IMG/VR virus record: IMGVR_UViG_3300009183_000045
Source of the DNA: a virus
Taxonomy: Duplodnaviria; Caudoviricetes
DNA: 64,000 nt
Strand: one strand, 5' to 3'
Shown here: positions 1 through 8,901 of the stretch, in pieces
Layout: each line of letters opens with the position of its first letter
Position numbering within the stretch: the stretch's first letter is position 1
Notes under the pieces: model-generated
Told to the model about the DNA's origin: nothing
Seen by the model: the letters and a program-made list of their open reading frames with translations, nothing else
Database searches by the model: none
Program-made: the position numbers and the translations under genes

Positions 1-1
1 A

Positions 2-721
2 CTTAAAACTTTACTCGAAACCATTGATGCTGATCACTCTTCCAAACTTCAAAAGGTTGTGGAAGCAGTTAGCACTAATCATGCAGCCAAGCTTCAAAAG
101 GTTGTTTCTCATTACCGCAAGGCCATTAATGAAAAGGCCGGCACATTCAGCAACAAGATTGTTGCGGAAATGAGCAATTATTTAGACTTGTATTTGGACA
201 AGGTGATTCCAAGAGAACAATTGAGTGAAGCAGTGGCAAATACTTCCGCCAAGCAACAATTAGAACAAATCAAAAAGATTATATCGATGGATCCTTCCGC
301 TCTTAATGAAGATTTCAAGAGAATTGTTCTCCAAGGAAAGTCCAAGATTGATAATCTCCAAGCTCAACTCAATGAAACCTATAAAGAGAACATTGCTTTA
401 AATGAACAAGCAAAGGCTGCTAAAGCATCCCTTTTGATTGAACAAAAAACAAAGGGCATGGCCTCTTCTAAAAAAGAATTTATCACTAAAATATTAAGTG
501 ATAAGTCAGTTGAGTACATCAAAGAAAATTTTAGTTATGTAACTAATATGTTTGAAAGAGAAGATAGAGTCTCATCAAATGAATTAGTTAAAGAAGCATC
601 CAAGACAGCTGTCTCCAAGGATGCTAAAGTAGTTTACCCTCAGGTGATGACCGAATCTGTCCAATCACCTATTTCTAGTTCAGTAAATGATTATTTATCT
701 GGATTGAAAAGAGTTCGGTAA
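2..721 (+). CDS. gp22: Prohead core scaffold protein (T4 gp22-like), 5'-truncated by the window edge
   Basis: Frame is open from base 2 (LKTLLETIDADHSSKLQKVVEAVSTNHAAKLQKVV...). Coiled-coil, Glu/Lys-rich, and directly upstream of gp23 as in T4-like head modules. Confidence 0.7.
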   Translation, partial: LKTLLETIDADHSSKLQKVVEAVSTNHAAKLQKVVSHYRKAINEKAGTFSNKIVAEMSNYLDLYLDKVIPREQLSEAVANTSAKQQLEQIKKIISMDPSALNEDFKRIVLQGKSKIDNLQAQLNETYKENIALNEQAKAAKASLLIEQKTKGMASSKKEFITKILSDKSVEYIKENFSYVTNMFEREDRVSSNELVKEASKTAVSKDAKVVYPQVMTESVQSPISSSVNDYLSGLKRVR

Positions 722-731
722 TTTTAAGTTG

Positions 732-753
732 GAGTAATACACGGCGTATTCTC
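732..753 (+). other. Small stem-loop in the gp22-gp23 intergenic region
   Basis: gag(t)aatac-acggc-gtattctc, just upstream of the TAAATA box at 768. Confidence 0.35.
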
Positions 754-767
754 GAAAATATATGCAG

Positions 768-773
768 TAAATA
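768..773 (+). promoter_or_regulatory. T4-type late promoter core (TAAATA) for gp23
   Basis: TAAATA 19 nt upstream of the gp23 ATG; T4 late consensus is TATAAATA. Confidence 0.55.
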
Positions 774-792
774 GAAAAACAAATAACAAATT

Positions 793-2283
793 ATGAGTAA
801 TGTAAGTTCCGCACCCGGTTATATCAACACAAACCGTGCATCACAGCTCCTTGAGAAGTGGGCACCTATGCTTGATTTTTCAAGCGACAAAGTAGCACCC
901 ATCGAAGGTGAACATCAACGTTTGGCCACAGCCATGTTGATGGAAAACCAAGAGCAATGGTGCATTAATGAAGGCGGCAACAGCATCGGCGGCGGCGTTT
1001 TTGGTGGTAATTCCACTGGCGCTTACGGTGGTGCTCAAAGCGCATCAGACTGGTATGCAGGCGGCGACGCCCGTATGCCTAAGGTATTAATACCGATGGT
1101 AAGACGTACCTTCCCAGAATTGATCACTAACGAAATCGTTGGCGTTCAACCTATGAGTGGGCCCGTTGGATTAGCATTTGCTTTGCGTTATAAGTATGAG
1201 AATGCAGCTCTTGGCCAAGATGGCCAAGCTAACCCTGGTGGTACATCCGTAGGCAACTACGGTGGAGTAGGCAGAGAAGCAACACCTCGTGTTGCCGGAA
1301 CCGCCTCCCAATCTACCATTCCAGGAGCAGTTACAGGTGAAATGGGTTATCAATACCTTGATACACGCTTCACTGGTACAAGTGCAACTTGGTTGAATGG
1401 TGCCGCCGGAGATGGCGTCTACATCAGCCCAGAAGACACTGGTATCGCCGCTATTCTCAGTCAGTATGAACTTACTGGTAATATTCCTCAGGTCACTGTT
1501 GAATTCTCTAAGACCGCAGTTGAAGCCGGCACACGCCGTCTCGCAGCTCGTTGGTCCATTGAATTGGAACAGGATTTGAAGAACATGAACGGATTGGATA
1601 TCGATTCTGAATTGACAAATGCGATGAGCTATGAAATTCAGGCCGAAATCGACCGTGAAATGATTATCAGAATGCTTCAGATCTCACTTAACGCTGGTAA
1701 AGGCACTGGATATAGTTTCTGGTATGCAGCTTCCGCTGATGCCCGTTGGTTAGGAGAACGCAACCGCGACTTCTACGCCAAGGTTATCGTGGAAGCCAAC
1801 CGTATTGCAATTCGTAACCGCCGTGGTTCCGCTAATTTTATTATCGCGACTCCGAAGGTTTGTGCAATCATGGAAATGTTACCTGAATTTCAATGGATGC
1901 CCGTGAATGGCAACGTGAATACCCAAGGCTCTGGCATTGCCAAAGTCGGTACTCTCGGTGGTCGTTTCACCGTCTATCGTGATACACGTACAGAAGCCCA
2001 GAATCTTACGACCCGTGCAGCTAATAACACTACACTAGAGTATGCCTTGTTAGGTTACAAAGGTACCGAGTATTATGATACAGGTATCGTCTATTGTCCA
2101 TATATCCCAGTTATGATTCAACGTACAGTTGGACCTACCGATTTCAGCCCACGCGTTGGGTTGATGACCCGCTACGGCGTGGTTGATTACATCTTCGGTG
2201 CTTCCCTCTACTACCACACCATCATTATCAAGGGCCTTGGCACAGACAATGTAAACGGCAACGGTGGTAAGCTCTATATGTAA
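793..2283 (+). CDS. gp23: Major capsid protein (T4 gp23 family)
   Basis: Hallmark motifs LLEKWAPMLD, LIPMVRRTFPELITNEIVGVQPMSGPVGLAFALRYKY, ELEQDLKNMNGLD..SEL.NAMSYEIQAEIDRE, YCPYIP and MTRYG. Confidence 0.98.
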   Translation: MSNVSSAPGYINTNRASQLLEKWAPMLDFSSDKVAPIEGEHQRLATAMLMENQEQWCINEGGNSIGGGVFGGNSTGAYGGAQSASDWYAGGDARMPKVLIPMVRRTFPELITNEIVGVQPMSGPVGLAFALRYKYENAALGQDGQANPGGTSVGNYGGVGREATPRVAGTASQSTIPGAVTGEMGYQYLDTRFTGTSATWLNGAAGDGVYISPEDTGIAAILSQYELTGNIPQVTVEFSKTAVEAGTRRLAARWSIELEQDLKNMNGLDIDSELTNAMSYEIQAEIDREMIIRMLQISLNAGKGTGYSFWYAASADARWLGERNRDFYAKVIVEANRIAIRNRRGSANFIIATPKVCAIMEMLPEFQWMPVNGNVNTQGSGIAKVGTLGGRFTVYRDTRTEAQNLTTRAANNTTLEYALLGYKGTEYYDTGIVYCPYIPVMIQRTVGPTDFSPRVGLMTRYGVVDYIFGASLYYHTIIIKGLGTDNVNGNGGKLYM

Positions 2284-2301
2284 ACCATTGAGTTAGTCTT
2301 T

Positions 2302-2336
2302 AAATACCCATCCTCACAAGGGATGGGTATTTTTTT
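2302..2336 (+). terminator. Rho-independent terminator after gp23
   Basis: aaatacccatcc-tcacaag-ggatgggtattt followed by a T-run. Confidence 0.9.
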
Positions 2337-2338
2337 GC

Positions 2339-2367
2339 TTGGATTTCCCGGTTTTACACCTTATTAT
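2339..2367 (+). promoter_or_regulatory. Early/middle-type promoter with TTCCC box (leaderless)
   Basis: TTGGAT-TTCCCGGTTTTACACCT(17)-TATTAT-6 nt-ATG(2374). Confidence 0.7.
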
Positions 2368-2373
2368 AGGCAT

Positions 2374-2925
2374 ATGAATTTAAGATTTGCTCTTTGTGGA
2401 ACTCACGGAACAGGTAAAACCACAGTTTTAAAGGATATATCAAATGATCTCCTAGACGTCTACAACATTAAACCCATTTTTAACACTAGCAATGCACGCA
2501 AATTGTTCAAATTAGGAGAAGAATTAAATGATAAAGGTGGAAATTTTGTACAATATGTAGTACAAGCCAGCCACGTTAGTCGTTTTGCAGAAGAAAATTG
2601 GTTCGCTGACCGATGTGTTGTTGATGGATGGGCTTATATGAATGCTTCGGATCAAAAGGGAATAATTGATCCTCAGTGTAGGGATGCTGTGTCCAGTATG
2701 ATGAGGTTTTTCACTCCTTTATACACACAGATATTCTATGTTCCTATTGAATTTGAAATGGAAAGTGACGTAGTACGAAAAGATGACATAGAATATCAGA
2801 AGGAAATAGATAGTTATATGTCCAACACTCTAACAAGTTATAATAATGTCACCGTACTCAAAGGAAGTCGTGAAGAACGTAAGAATATTGTGTTAAAATA
2901 TATCCATGAACTTATTCATTCTTGA
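2374..2925 (+). CDS. P-loop nucleotide kinase/ATPase (AAA_28/NadR-like)
   Basis: FALCGTHGTGKTT Walker A, DRCVVD, and IFYVPIEF..E.D.VR. Start refined to ATG 2374 because the track's 2323 start lies inside the terminator. Confidence 0.75.
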   Translation: MNLRFALCGTHGTGKTTVLKDISNDLLDVYNIKPIFNTSNARKLFKLGEELNDKGGNFVQYVVQASHVSRFAEENWFADRCVVDGWAYMNASDQKGIIDPQCRDAVSSMMRFFTPLYTQIFYVPIEFEMESDVVRKDDIEYQKEIDSYMSNTLTSYNNVTVLKGSREERKNIVLKYIHELIHS

Positions 2926-3439
2926 TTTAGATCCTAAAAAAGCGGCCAATTACTACCAAGACCTTCATATAAATAAAATTATCATTGAAGGAACACAGCT
3001 ATTAGCTGCTGCATATCCTCTTGATAGACTGTCACAAGATGATTGTCCTCGTACCCAAAAAGGCACACCACGTAAACATGGACATTACAATCATCCTATG
3101 ACTAAATGGGTAAGGACAAATATGACAAATTTTGTATGGACTCTAAATCATTTAGATGGTTTGTATCAAGAAAGATTGTATAGATTTGAAAAAGAACATT
3201 TTAGCAAAGACTTTATAGATTGGGTGTGGAATAATCCTCCAGAGTTGCCTCACGATGAAATGACAGAACATCCACAATGTTTTGCGGTATCTTTTCCTCA
3301 GTGTATTGTGCCTGGCGATCCAGTCCAAGGATATCAAAATTATTATAATGCTGCCAAAAGAGAATTTAAATTTGGTAATAAAATTGTAAAGGCAAATTGG
3401 ACTAAAAGAGAAGTGCCTTACTTCTTCAAGGATAAATAA
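2906..3439 (+). CDS. Pyrimidine-dimer DNA glycosylase/endonuclease V-like protein
   Basis: MNLFILDLDP..AA.YYQDLHINKIIIEGTQLL, H.NHP.TKWVR and PQC...GYQNYY match the DenV-like (Pyr_excise) phage family pattern. Confidence 0.75.
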   Translation: MNLFILDLDPKKAANYYQDLHINKIIIEGTQLLAAAYPLDRLSQDDCPRTQKGTPRKHGHYNHPMTKWVRTNMTNFVWTLNHLDGLYQERLYRFEKEHFSKDFIDWVWNNPPELPHDEMTEHPQCFAVSFPQCIVPGDPVQGYQNYYNAAKREFKFGNKIVKANWTKREVPYFFKDK

Positions 3440-3443
3440 AAAT

Positions 3444-3911
3444 ATGAATTTTGTGCAATTTTACTCAGAAGCGGTTAATAAATTTAACACAGAATGGCAG
3501 GTTACTAGAGAAGAAGCAAAGAAAATTAAAGATGTAGATACTAAGATATCTCATGTCAAGAAATTTTTAATAGACAATCCCTCTTCTGCTAATTTTGGAA
3601 GAGTGGCAAACTGGACCCGAATGACAAAATTGGGTTACAAGAATAGTTCCATAGAAAGTGCTCAAAAATTTGAACATTTTCTTGATTATTTAGAATTGAA
3701 TAAACTCAAATTTGTGGAAGAAGATAAGGATATAGATTTAAATGATTTACCAATGGACAAATTTGTGGCTGTCTATAAAGATTTAGTTCATAGAAAGAAT
3801 GATTTTCAACACGGAGGAAAAAGACCGGTTTCTATGAGCCAATATCTATCTCAAATGCAAAGTGTTGCTAAAAAAAGAGGCATCCCTCTACCTCCTGATC
3901 CTCAAGACTAA
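3444..3911 (+). CDS. Hypothetical protein
   Basis: 155-aa ORF with TAAATA (3433-3438) 5 nt before its ATG. Confidence 0.7.
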   Translation: MNFVQFYSEAVNKFNTEWQVTREEAKKIKDVDTKISHVKKFLIDNPSSANFGRVANWTRMTKLGYKNSSIESAQKFEHFLDYLELNKLKFVEEDKDIDLNDLPMDKFVAVYKDLVHRKNDFQHGGKRPVSMSQYLSQMQSVAKKRGIPLPPDPQD

Positions 3912-4375
3912 CAGCCTTCTAGTATATCTAATTGATTCCTTTTAGATTTTCCATCTACAAAGCGATTAATTACTTCATCCCTCGTAGCAATAAGGATGTT
4001 ATTGGCTGCTGGTAATTTGGAAACAATTTCCTTTTTACCGGCTATGTCCATTTTCTTTAATTCAACTGCCACCGTGGCTTGTTTTTGCTGTAGATTAATA
4101 TTATTTAAAGAATCTATAGCTTTAGTGGTAGCACCCATTAAAGAAGCCATCGCAGATATTTCTTTAGGATCTGCTCCCATGGATATGTTATTAGACAATG
4201 TGGCTATAGCATCCAATCCCGCTTGTATAATCTCTGCAGTTTTTTGATATACATAGGTATTTACATTGTTATCTGTTATTATTTCCGGTTCTGGCCGCAC
4301 AGCCATTAGCATAGCAGGAGCTGATGTACTTTTTAGCTCACTGATGATATTATCTATTTCTGAATTGGATTCCAT
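3908..4375 (-). CDS. Possible terminase small subunit (gp16-like), helical protein
   Basis: Pattern YVY..TAEIIQAGLDAI...ADPKEISAMASLMGATTKAIDSL...NNILIATRDEV resembles the gp16 helical architecture. No adjacent gp17 in the window. Confidence 0.45.
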   Translation of the reverse strand: MESNSEIDNIISELKSTSAPAMLMAVRPEPEIITDNNVNTYVYQKTAEIIQAGLDAIATLSNNISMGADPKEISAMASLMGATTKAIDSLNNINLQQKQATVAVELKKMDIAGKKEIVSKLPAANNILIATRDEVINRFVDGKSKRNQLDILEGC

Positions 4376-4376
4376 G

Positions 4377-4405
4377 TTGCTTTTAAATTGAAGGTACTAT
4401 ATTAT
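4377..4405 (+). promoter_or_regulatory. Sigma70-like promoter
   Basis: TTGCTT-17 nt-TATTAT, 8 nt before ATG 4414. Confidence 0.5.
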
Positions 4406-4413
4406 TTAGCTAT

Positions 4414-4575
4414 ATGACTACAAAAATAACGATAGAAAATTACGGAACATTTTTTATAGACCAAAACAAAGTTGGAGAATTGATTAAATGGCTACAAGCA
4501 AATTATATAAATCCTTCTATTGGTGAAGTTGTCAATCTTCAAGCAATCAATGGCAATCAACTTATTAATGGCTAA
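4414..4575 (+). CDS. Small hypothetical protein (53 aa), not in the ORF track
   Basis: MTTKITIENYGTFFIDQNKVGELIKWLQANYINPSIGEVVNLQAINGNQLING*. It fills the gap between the promoter and dUTPase, and its stop lies 1 nt before ATG 4577. Confidence 0.6.
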   Translation: MTTKITIENYGTFFIDQNKVGELIKWLQANYINPSIGEVVNLQAINGNQLING

Positions 4576-4576
4576 T

Positions 4577-5029
4577 ATGGAACAACCAAACATTCTCAAA
4601 GCTCCTAAGATTGCCTTTAAAAAGTCCCACCCAGACGCCCAACTTCCTTTCAGGAAGAGAACCAATGATACTGGATATGATTTATTTTCAATTAGTGACG
4701 TATTAATTCCGGCAAAAGGAGATGCAGAAGTTCCAACCGGAATTACCGTAGCAAAGGTTCCATTCGGGGTGTGGTTCCTGATCTTGCCTCGATCCGGAAT
4801 GGGATTCCAGCACGGCATTCAACCTCATCTAGGAGTTATTGATAATCCTTATAGAGGAGACCTGTCTGTAAAGTTGTATAATTTTTCAGATAAAGACTAC
4901 CAGATATCTAAAGGAGATCGCATTGCACAGATAGCATACTTTCCTCTTCTGGCTCTAGAGCCAGAATGGTCAGATGAAGTAGAAAACACGGACCGGGGTG
5001 ATAAGGGGTTTGGCAATTCGGGAAAATAA
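4577..5029 (+). CDS. dut: dUTPase (trimeric)
   Basis: Motifs DTGYDL, VPTGI, ILPRSG, GVIDNPYRGD, GDRIAQ and RGDKGFGNSG. It reads on the + strand (atg gaa caa cca aac...) although the track labels it '-'. Alternative start at 4568. Confidence 0.95.
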   Translation: MEQPNILKAPKIAFKKSHPDAQLPFRKRTNDTGYDLFSISDVLIPAKGDAEVPTGITVAKVPFGVWFLILPRSGMGFQHGIQPHLGVIDNPYRGDLSVKLYNFSDKDYQISKGDRIAQIAYFPLLALEPEWSDEVENTDRGDKGFGNSGK

Positions 5030-5030
5030 T

Positions 5031-5972
5031 ATGAGTCAAGCAAATCATTACAACAAACTCTGGGTAGAAAAATATCGTCCCAAAAATTTAAATGATGTGG
5101 TTCTTTCCGCAGAGGTCAAAGAGCATTTTGAATCCCTGAATGATGACACCCCTCATCTTTTATTTTACGGATCACCAGGAACTGGTAAAAGTACAATGGC
5201 AAAAGTCATTGTTAATGACATTTTAAAGTGTCAATACCTTTACATTAATGCTTCAGATGAAAATGGAGTAGATACTATTAGAAACAAAGTCATCAGCTTT
5301 GCTCAAACTCGCTCCGTGGATGGAAAGAAGAAAGTAGTCATCTTAGAAGAAGCTGATGGTCTCACAGGAGATAGTCTCCGTATACTTCGTAATGTCATGG
5401 AAGACTATGAAGGCACCACTCGGTTCATTCTAACAGCAAATTACTTTAACAAAGTTATTGAACCTATTAGATCAAGGTGTTTGTTATTTAAATTACAACC
5501 AGATCTCAAAGAGATAGTTATTAGGTGTATACACATTCTTCAGGCAGAAAAAATAACAGTAGAAGAATCTCAAAAATCTGCTCTTCTTGCACACATTGAA
5601 ACCAATTATCCAGATTTAAGAAGGATCATTAATGATTTGCAAAAGTTTTCAACTTCAGGAAAGTTGATCATGAAAGAGCAGCATCAAATATCAGACATAG
5701 TAAATTATGTTTATGATAATCTTCTTTGCAAAACTTCAAGCTTAGAAATTCGAGCTAAAATTATTGAAAATGAAAAAACTTTCAACGGTGATTATCAAAC
5801 TCTAATGAAGGAATTATTTGAGGTCTTTTACAATTCAAAAAATGTAAAAGAGGTGACCAAAAAGATGGCAATGTGTGATATAGGAGAGTACATGTTTAGA
5901 GACTGCACAGTACTAGACCACGAGATTAATTTTTATATGTGTATTGCCTCCTTAGAAAATCATCTCAAATAA
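5031..5972 (+). CDS. gp44: Sliding-clamp loader AAA+ subunit (T4 gp44/RFC small subunit)
   Basis: LWVEKYRP, GSPGTGKS, INASDENGVDTIR, EEADGL, RFILTANY and IRSRC. Start refined to ATG 5031. Confidence 0.95.
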   Translation: MSQANHYNKLWVEKYRPKNLNDVVLSAEVKEHFESLNDDTPHLLFYGSPGTGKSTMAKVIVNDILKCQYLYINASDENGVDTIRNKVISFAQTRSVDGKKKVVILEEADGLTGDSLRILRNVMEDYEGTTRFILTANYFNKVIEPIRSRCLLFKLQPDLKEIVIRCIHILQAEKITVEESQKSALLAHIETNYPDLRRIINDLQKFSTSGKLIMKEQHQISDIVNYVYDNLLCKTSSLEIRAKIIENEKTFNGDYQTLMKELFEVFYNSKNVKEVTKKMAMCDIGEYMFRDCTVLDHEINFYMCIASLENHLK

Positions 5973-6542
5973 TTATTTGACCCTCTTAAAGGAAGCGGAA
6001 GAAGCTCCTTTAGAGTTTTTCAAAGTAACATTTTTTGTAGGCAAAGAATTGTCTACAGAATGATTGTCTAGTTTAGATTCCATGCGATAGACCTTAGCGG
6101 TTACATCCCCTACAGGTCTTTCATATCTGTTTGGAACACTTTCTAACGGTGGAAGATTGATACCATAATCTTTTACCTCCACGGAGTCGTAATCACCTGG
6201 CACAGTAAATTCATTGAATTCTGTAGGCCATTCAACTTTACGAGGATCAGTCCGAAGAACCAAATAGCAATCTCCAGCACCCTCGTTATCATTAGCATCT
6301 TTTACATTTTGTTTGGCACCATCTGCAACGACTCTTTTTATGAAGAATAAAACTTGATCTGCTATGAGTTCTTTTAAAAATTTAGCAAAAGCAGCACTGC
6401 CGGAATAATGCTTTTTAAAATAAGCATGTTTTAAAAATGAAGGTTTGAGTACCACGGCAGAACCCTCTCTAAATCCTCCATTTGAAAAGTGAGAAAAAGC
6501 AGTTTCAAATAAAGTTTCGAATTTGTTAAATTTTTGTTTCAT
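5973..6542 (-). CDS. Hypothetical protein (probably late/virion)
   Basis: 189-aa ORF divergent from gp25 and sharing the palindromic TAAATATTTA box. Confidence 0.7.
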   Translation of the reverse strand: MKQKFNKFETLFETAFSHFSNGGFREGSAVVLKPSFLKHAYFKKHYSGSAAFAKFLKELIADQVLFFIKRVVADGAKQNVKDANDNEGAGDCYLVLRTDPRKVEWPTEFNEFTVPGDYDSVEVKDYGINLPPLESVPNRYERPVGDVTAKVYRMESKLDNHSVDNSLPTKNVTLKNSKGASSASFKRVK

Positions 6543-6562
6543 ATAATATAGAGTTTGTCTAA

Positions 6563-6572
6563 TAAATATTTA
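6563..6572. promoter_or_regulatory. Palindromic late-promoter box TAAATATTTA (reads TAAATA on both strands)
   Basis: Perfect 10-bp palindrome in the 37-bp gap between divergent genes 6542(-) and 6580(+). Confidence 0.55.
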
Positions 6573-6579
6573 CCTTAAT

Positions 6580-7095
6580 ATGGCGACTATTTATTTAGAT
6601 AATTTGATTAAACCTCAAAAGGTCCAATCGCAATTTACAAATATTGCCACAGAACCCGAGCCCCTACATTACACATACAGGGACTTACATTTAGACTTAG
6701 AGATATTTAAAAACATCGGCAACGGGTTAAATGAGGTAAATTCTAAAGACATATCGGCAGATTATGACATCCAAGCCATACGTAATTCTATTTACAACAT
6801 CTTTACTACAAAACCAGGCGAGAAAATACTATCTCCCGGTTTTGGTAGTTCTTTAGAACAATTTTTATTTGAAAGTTTGTCTGAATTTAAAGCTAATATC
6901 ATAGGAAATTTAATTTTAAACAATCTCACAAAATATGAACCTCGTATAAATGTGACTAAAGTGTTGGTACATGCTAATTATAATGATTTACAATATGAAA
7001 TATATGTTTCTTATGATATTCCTGATCATGGGTTAGTAGACACATTACAAATGAACTTTAATACCACCACCCACTCTTCTATACAAATACTATAA
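6580..7095 (+). CDS. gp25: Baseplate wedge subunit gp25-like
   Basis: DISADYDIQAIRNSIYNIFTTKPGEKILSPGFGS.L..FLFE and YEPRINV. Confidence 0.9.
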   Translation: MATIYLDNLIKPQKVQSQFTNIATEPEPLHYTYRDLHLDLEIFKNIGNGLNEVNSKDISADYDIQAIRNSIYNIFTTKPGEKILSPGFGSSLEQFLFESLSEFKANIIGNLILNNLTKYEPRINVTKVLVHANYNDLQYEIYVSYDIPDHGLVDTLQMNFNTTTHSSIQIL

Positions 7096-7099
7096 TATC

Positions 7100-8899
7100 A
7101 TGGCCAATTTTATTCAACCAACCACCTTAAATCCCAATATAGCGTTTGATCCATCTGAATTGCGCAATAAAATTATTGATAGATTGAACCAAGGCCAGGT
7201 TTTTACGGATCAAAACTATCAGGGATCTAATTTATCTGCTATTATAGATATATTGGGGTATGTTTTCGGCACATTGATGTATTATAATAGCAAAACATCT
7301 GCTGAGTCCATGTTTTCAGAGTCTCAAATATACGAAAACATGAATCGTATAGTAAAATTAATCAATTATAAGCCCATTGGAAGATTAACCCAAAATGTAC
7401 CTTTTAATTTATTAGCCTATGAATTTTTAAATTCTGCCGCATATATTATTCCGCGTTTTAGCTCCATCACATCAGGAAATACCACATTTTCATTGACTTC
7501 AGATTTAGCATTTTCTAAATTAACCAATGCAGCAGAAACAATAGCAGATGTTAACAACAATTATTTATTGCATCAAGGCTCTATAGAAGAATATCCGCTG
7601 TATAACTCAATTGGAGTTGAAAATGAAGTAATATTTTTATCATTAAATGAGTCTATTCAAATAGATCACTTCAATATTTTCGTCTATGTAAAGTCTACGG
7701 ACAAAATCTGGAGAGAATATACCCGAGTTGAAGACAGATCTACCTACACAGCAAATGATAACTTATTTGAAGCAAGATTTAATGCCAATAAACGATATGA
7801 ATTATCTTTTGGTGATGGAATAAACGGCTCACAACTCAAACAAGGAGATCTGGTAGCAGTATATTATTTAAATATTGACCCCCTTGCAATCAACATCGGA
7901 GCTGGAGCTTTGGACGGAGCCAGATTAATACCGTTTAATTCTATACAATTTCAAGAAATTCTATATGATACCGCAAATTCTTACGGCAACTACCTAGCTG
8001 CTAATCAATTTAATTTCATCCAGATGTCTAATACGTTTCCCTCTTCTGATTATTCCCCCGAAGAAACCGTAGACTCTATAAGAAACAATTCACCTAAAAC
8101 TTTTAGATCTCAACATAGATTAGTTTCCTCTCAAGATTATCAATATTTTGTTAAAACAAATTTTAACAATCTAATATCCACTTCTCATATTGCCAGTAAT
8201 GATGAATATTTGAGGGGGCATATGAGGTATTTGTATAACATAGGACTTAACAAGCCTCAATCAGAAACTTTGGTGTTATTCAATCAAGTCAAATTTGCTA
8301 ACAGTTGTAACTTTAATAACATTTACGTATATTCTGTACCGGTCAGAGATCAATTATACCTATCTTCACCTCAAAAAGAATACATCTTAAATGAAATCAA
8401 TAATTTAAAAACTATTACCTCTCAAATAGTTTTTATGGATCCAGAATACATACTTTTTGATTTTTACACCAAAAGGGCAGACGGTTCTTTTGACACGAGC
8501 GATATAAAACAAAGCAAATTGAGAATATACAAAAATTCAAATGTCAGAAGATCTAATTCTGCCATTTTATATGATGTTATTCAAGTAATAACCCAAGCCT
8601 TTAATAAAAGCACATCATCCTTAGGTCAAGACATTAATACTCATCAATTATCAACAGACATTCTATCCATAGACGGAATCAAATCTTTGGAAACTTATAG
8701 AGCTGATATAGACAGTGGAGTCAACGAAATTTCTTTGATGGCTTGGAATTCCAAATACCCTTCAGATGACGTAAATGTGTATACTCAATCCATACGGTTA
8801 GATTATTTTCAATTTCCTCTATTTAATGAAATAGCCAATCTATCAAATCGTATAGAAATTGTAGATTTGTCTAATTCCATCAAAGTACCTGAATTTTAA
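7100..8899 (+). CDS. gp6: Baseplate wedge subunit gp6-like
   Basis: FTDQNYQGSNLSAIIDIL, ESMFSESQIYEN, YELSFGDGING and ETVDSIRNNSP..FRSQHRLVS..DY. Follows gp25. Confidence 0.9.
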   Translation: MANFIQPTTLNPNIAFDPSELRNKIIDRLNQGQVFTDQNYQGSNLSAIIDILGYVFGTLMYYNSKTSAESMFSESQIYENMNRIVKLINYKPIGRLTQNVPFNLLAYEFLNSAAYIIPRFSSITSGNTTFSLTSDLAFSKLTNAAETIADVNNNYLLHQGSIEEYPLYNSIGVENEVIFLSLNESIQIDHFNIFVYVKSTDKIWREYTRVEDRSTYTANDNLFEARFNANKRYELSFGDGINGSQLKQGDLVAVYYLNIDPLAINIGAGALDGARLIPFNSIQFQEILYDTANSYGNYLAANQFNFIQMSNTFPSSDYSPEETVDSIRNNSPKTFRSQHRLVSSQDYQYFVKTNFNNLISTSHIASNDEYLRGHMRYLYNIGLNKPQSETLVLFNQVKFANSCNFNNIYVYSVPVRDQLYLSSPQKEYILNEINNLKTITSQIVFMDPEYILFDFYTKRADGSFDTSDIKQSKLRIYKNSNVRRSNSAILYDVIQVITQAFNKSTSSLGQDINTHQLSTDILSIDGIKSLETYRADIDSGVNEISLMAWNSKYPSDDVNVYTQSIRLDYFQFPLFNEIANLSNRIEIVDLSNSIKVPEF

Positions 8900-8901
8900 A
8901 A

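Noticed and set aside
4520-5029. ORF track lists the dUTPase on the minus strand starting at 4520
   Set aside because: The given peptide reads directly from the + strand (4568 atg gct aat atg gaa caa...). The TTG 4520 extension overlaps a more plausible 53-aa ORF, so the gene is annotated as + from 4577.
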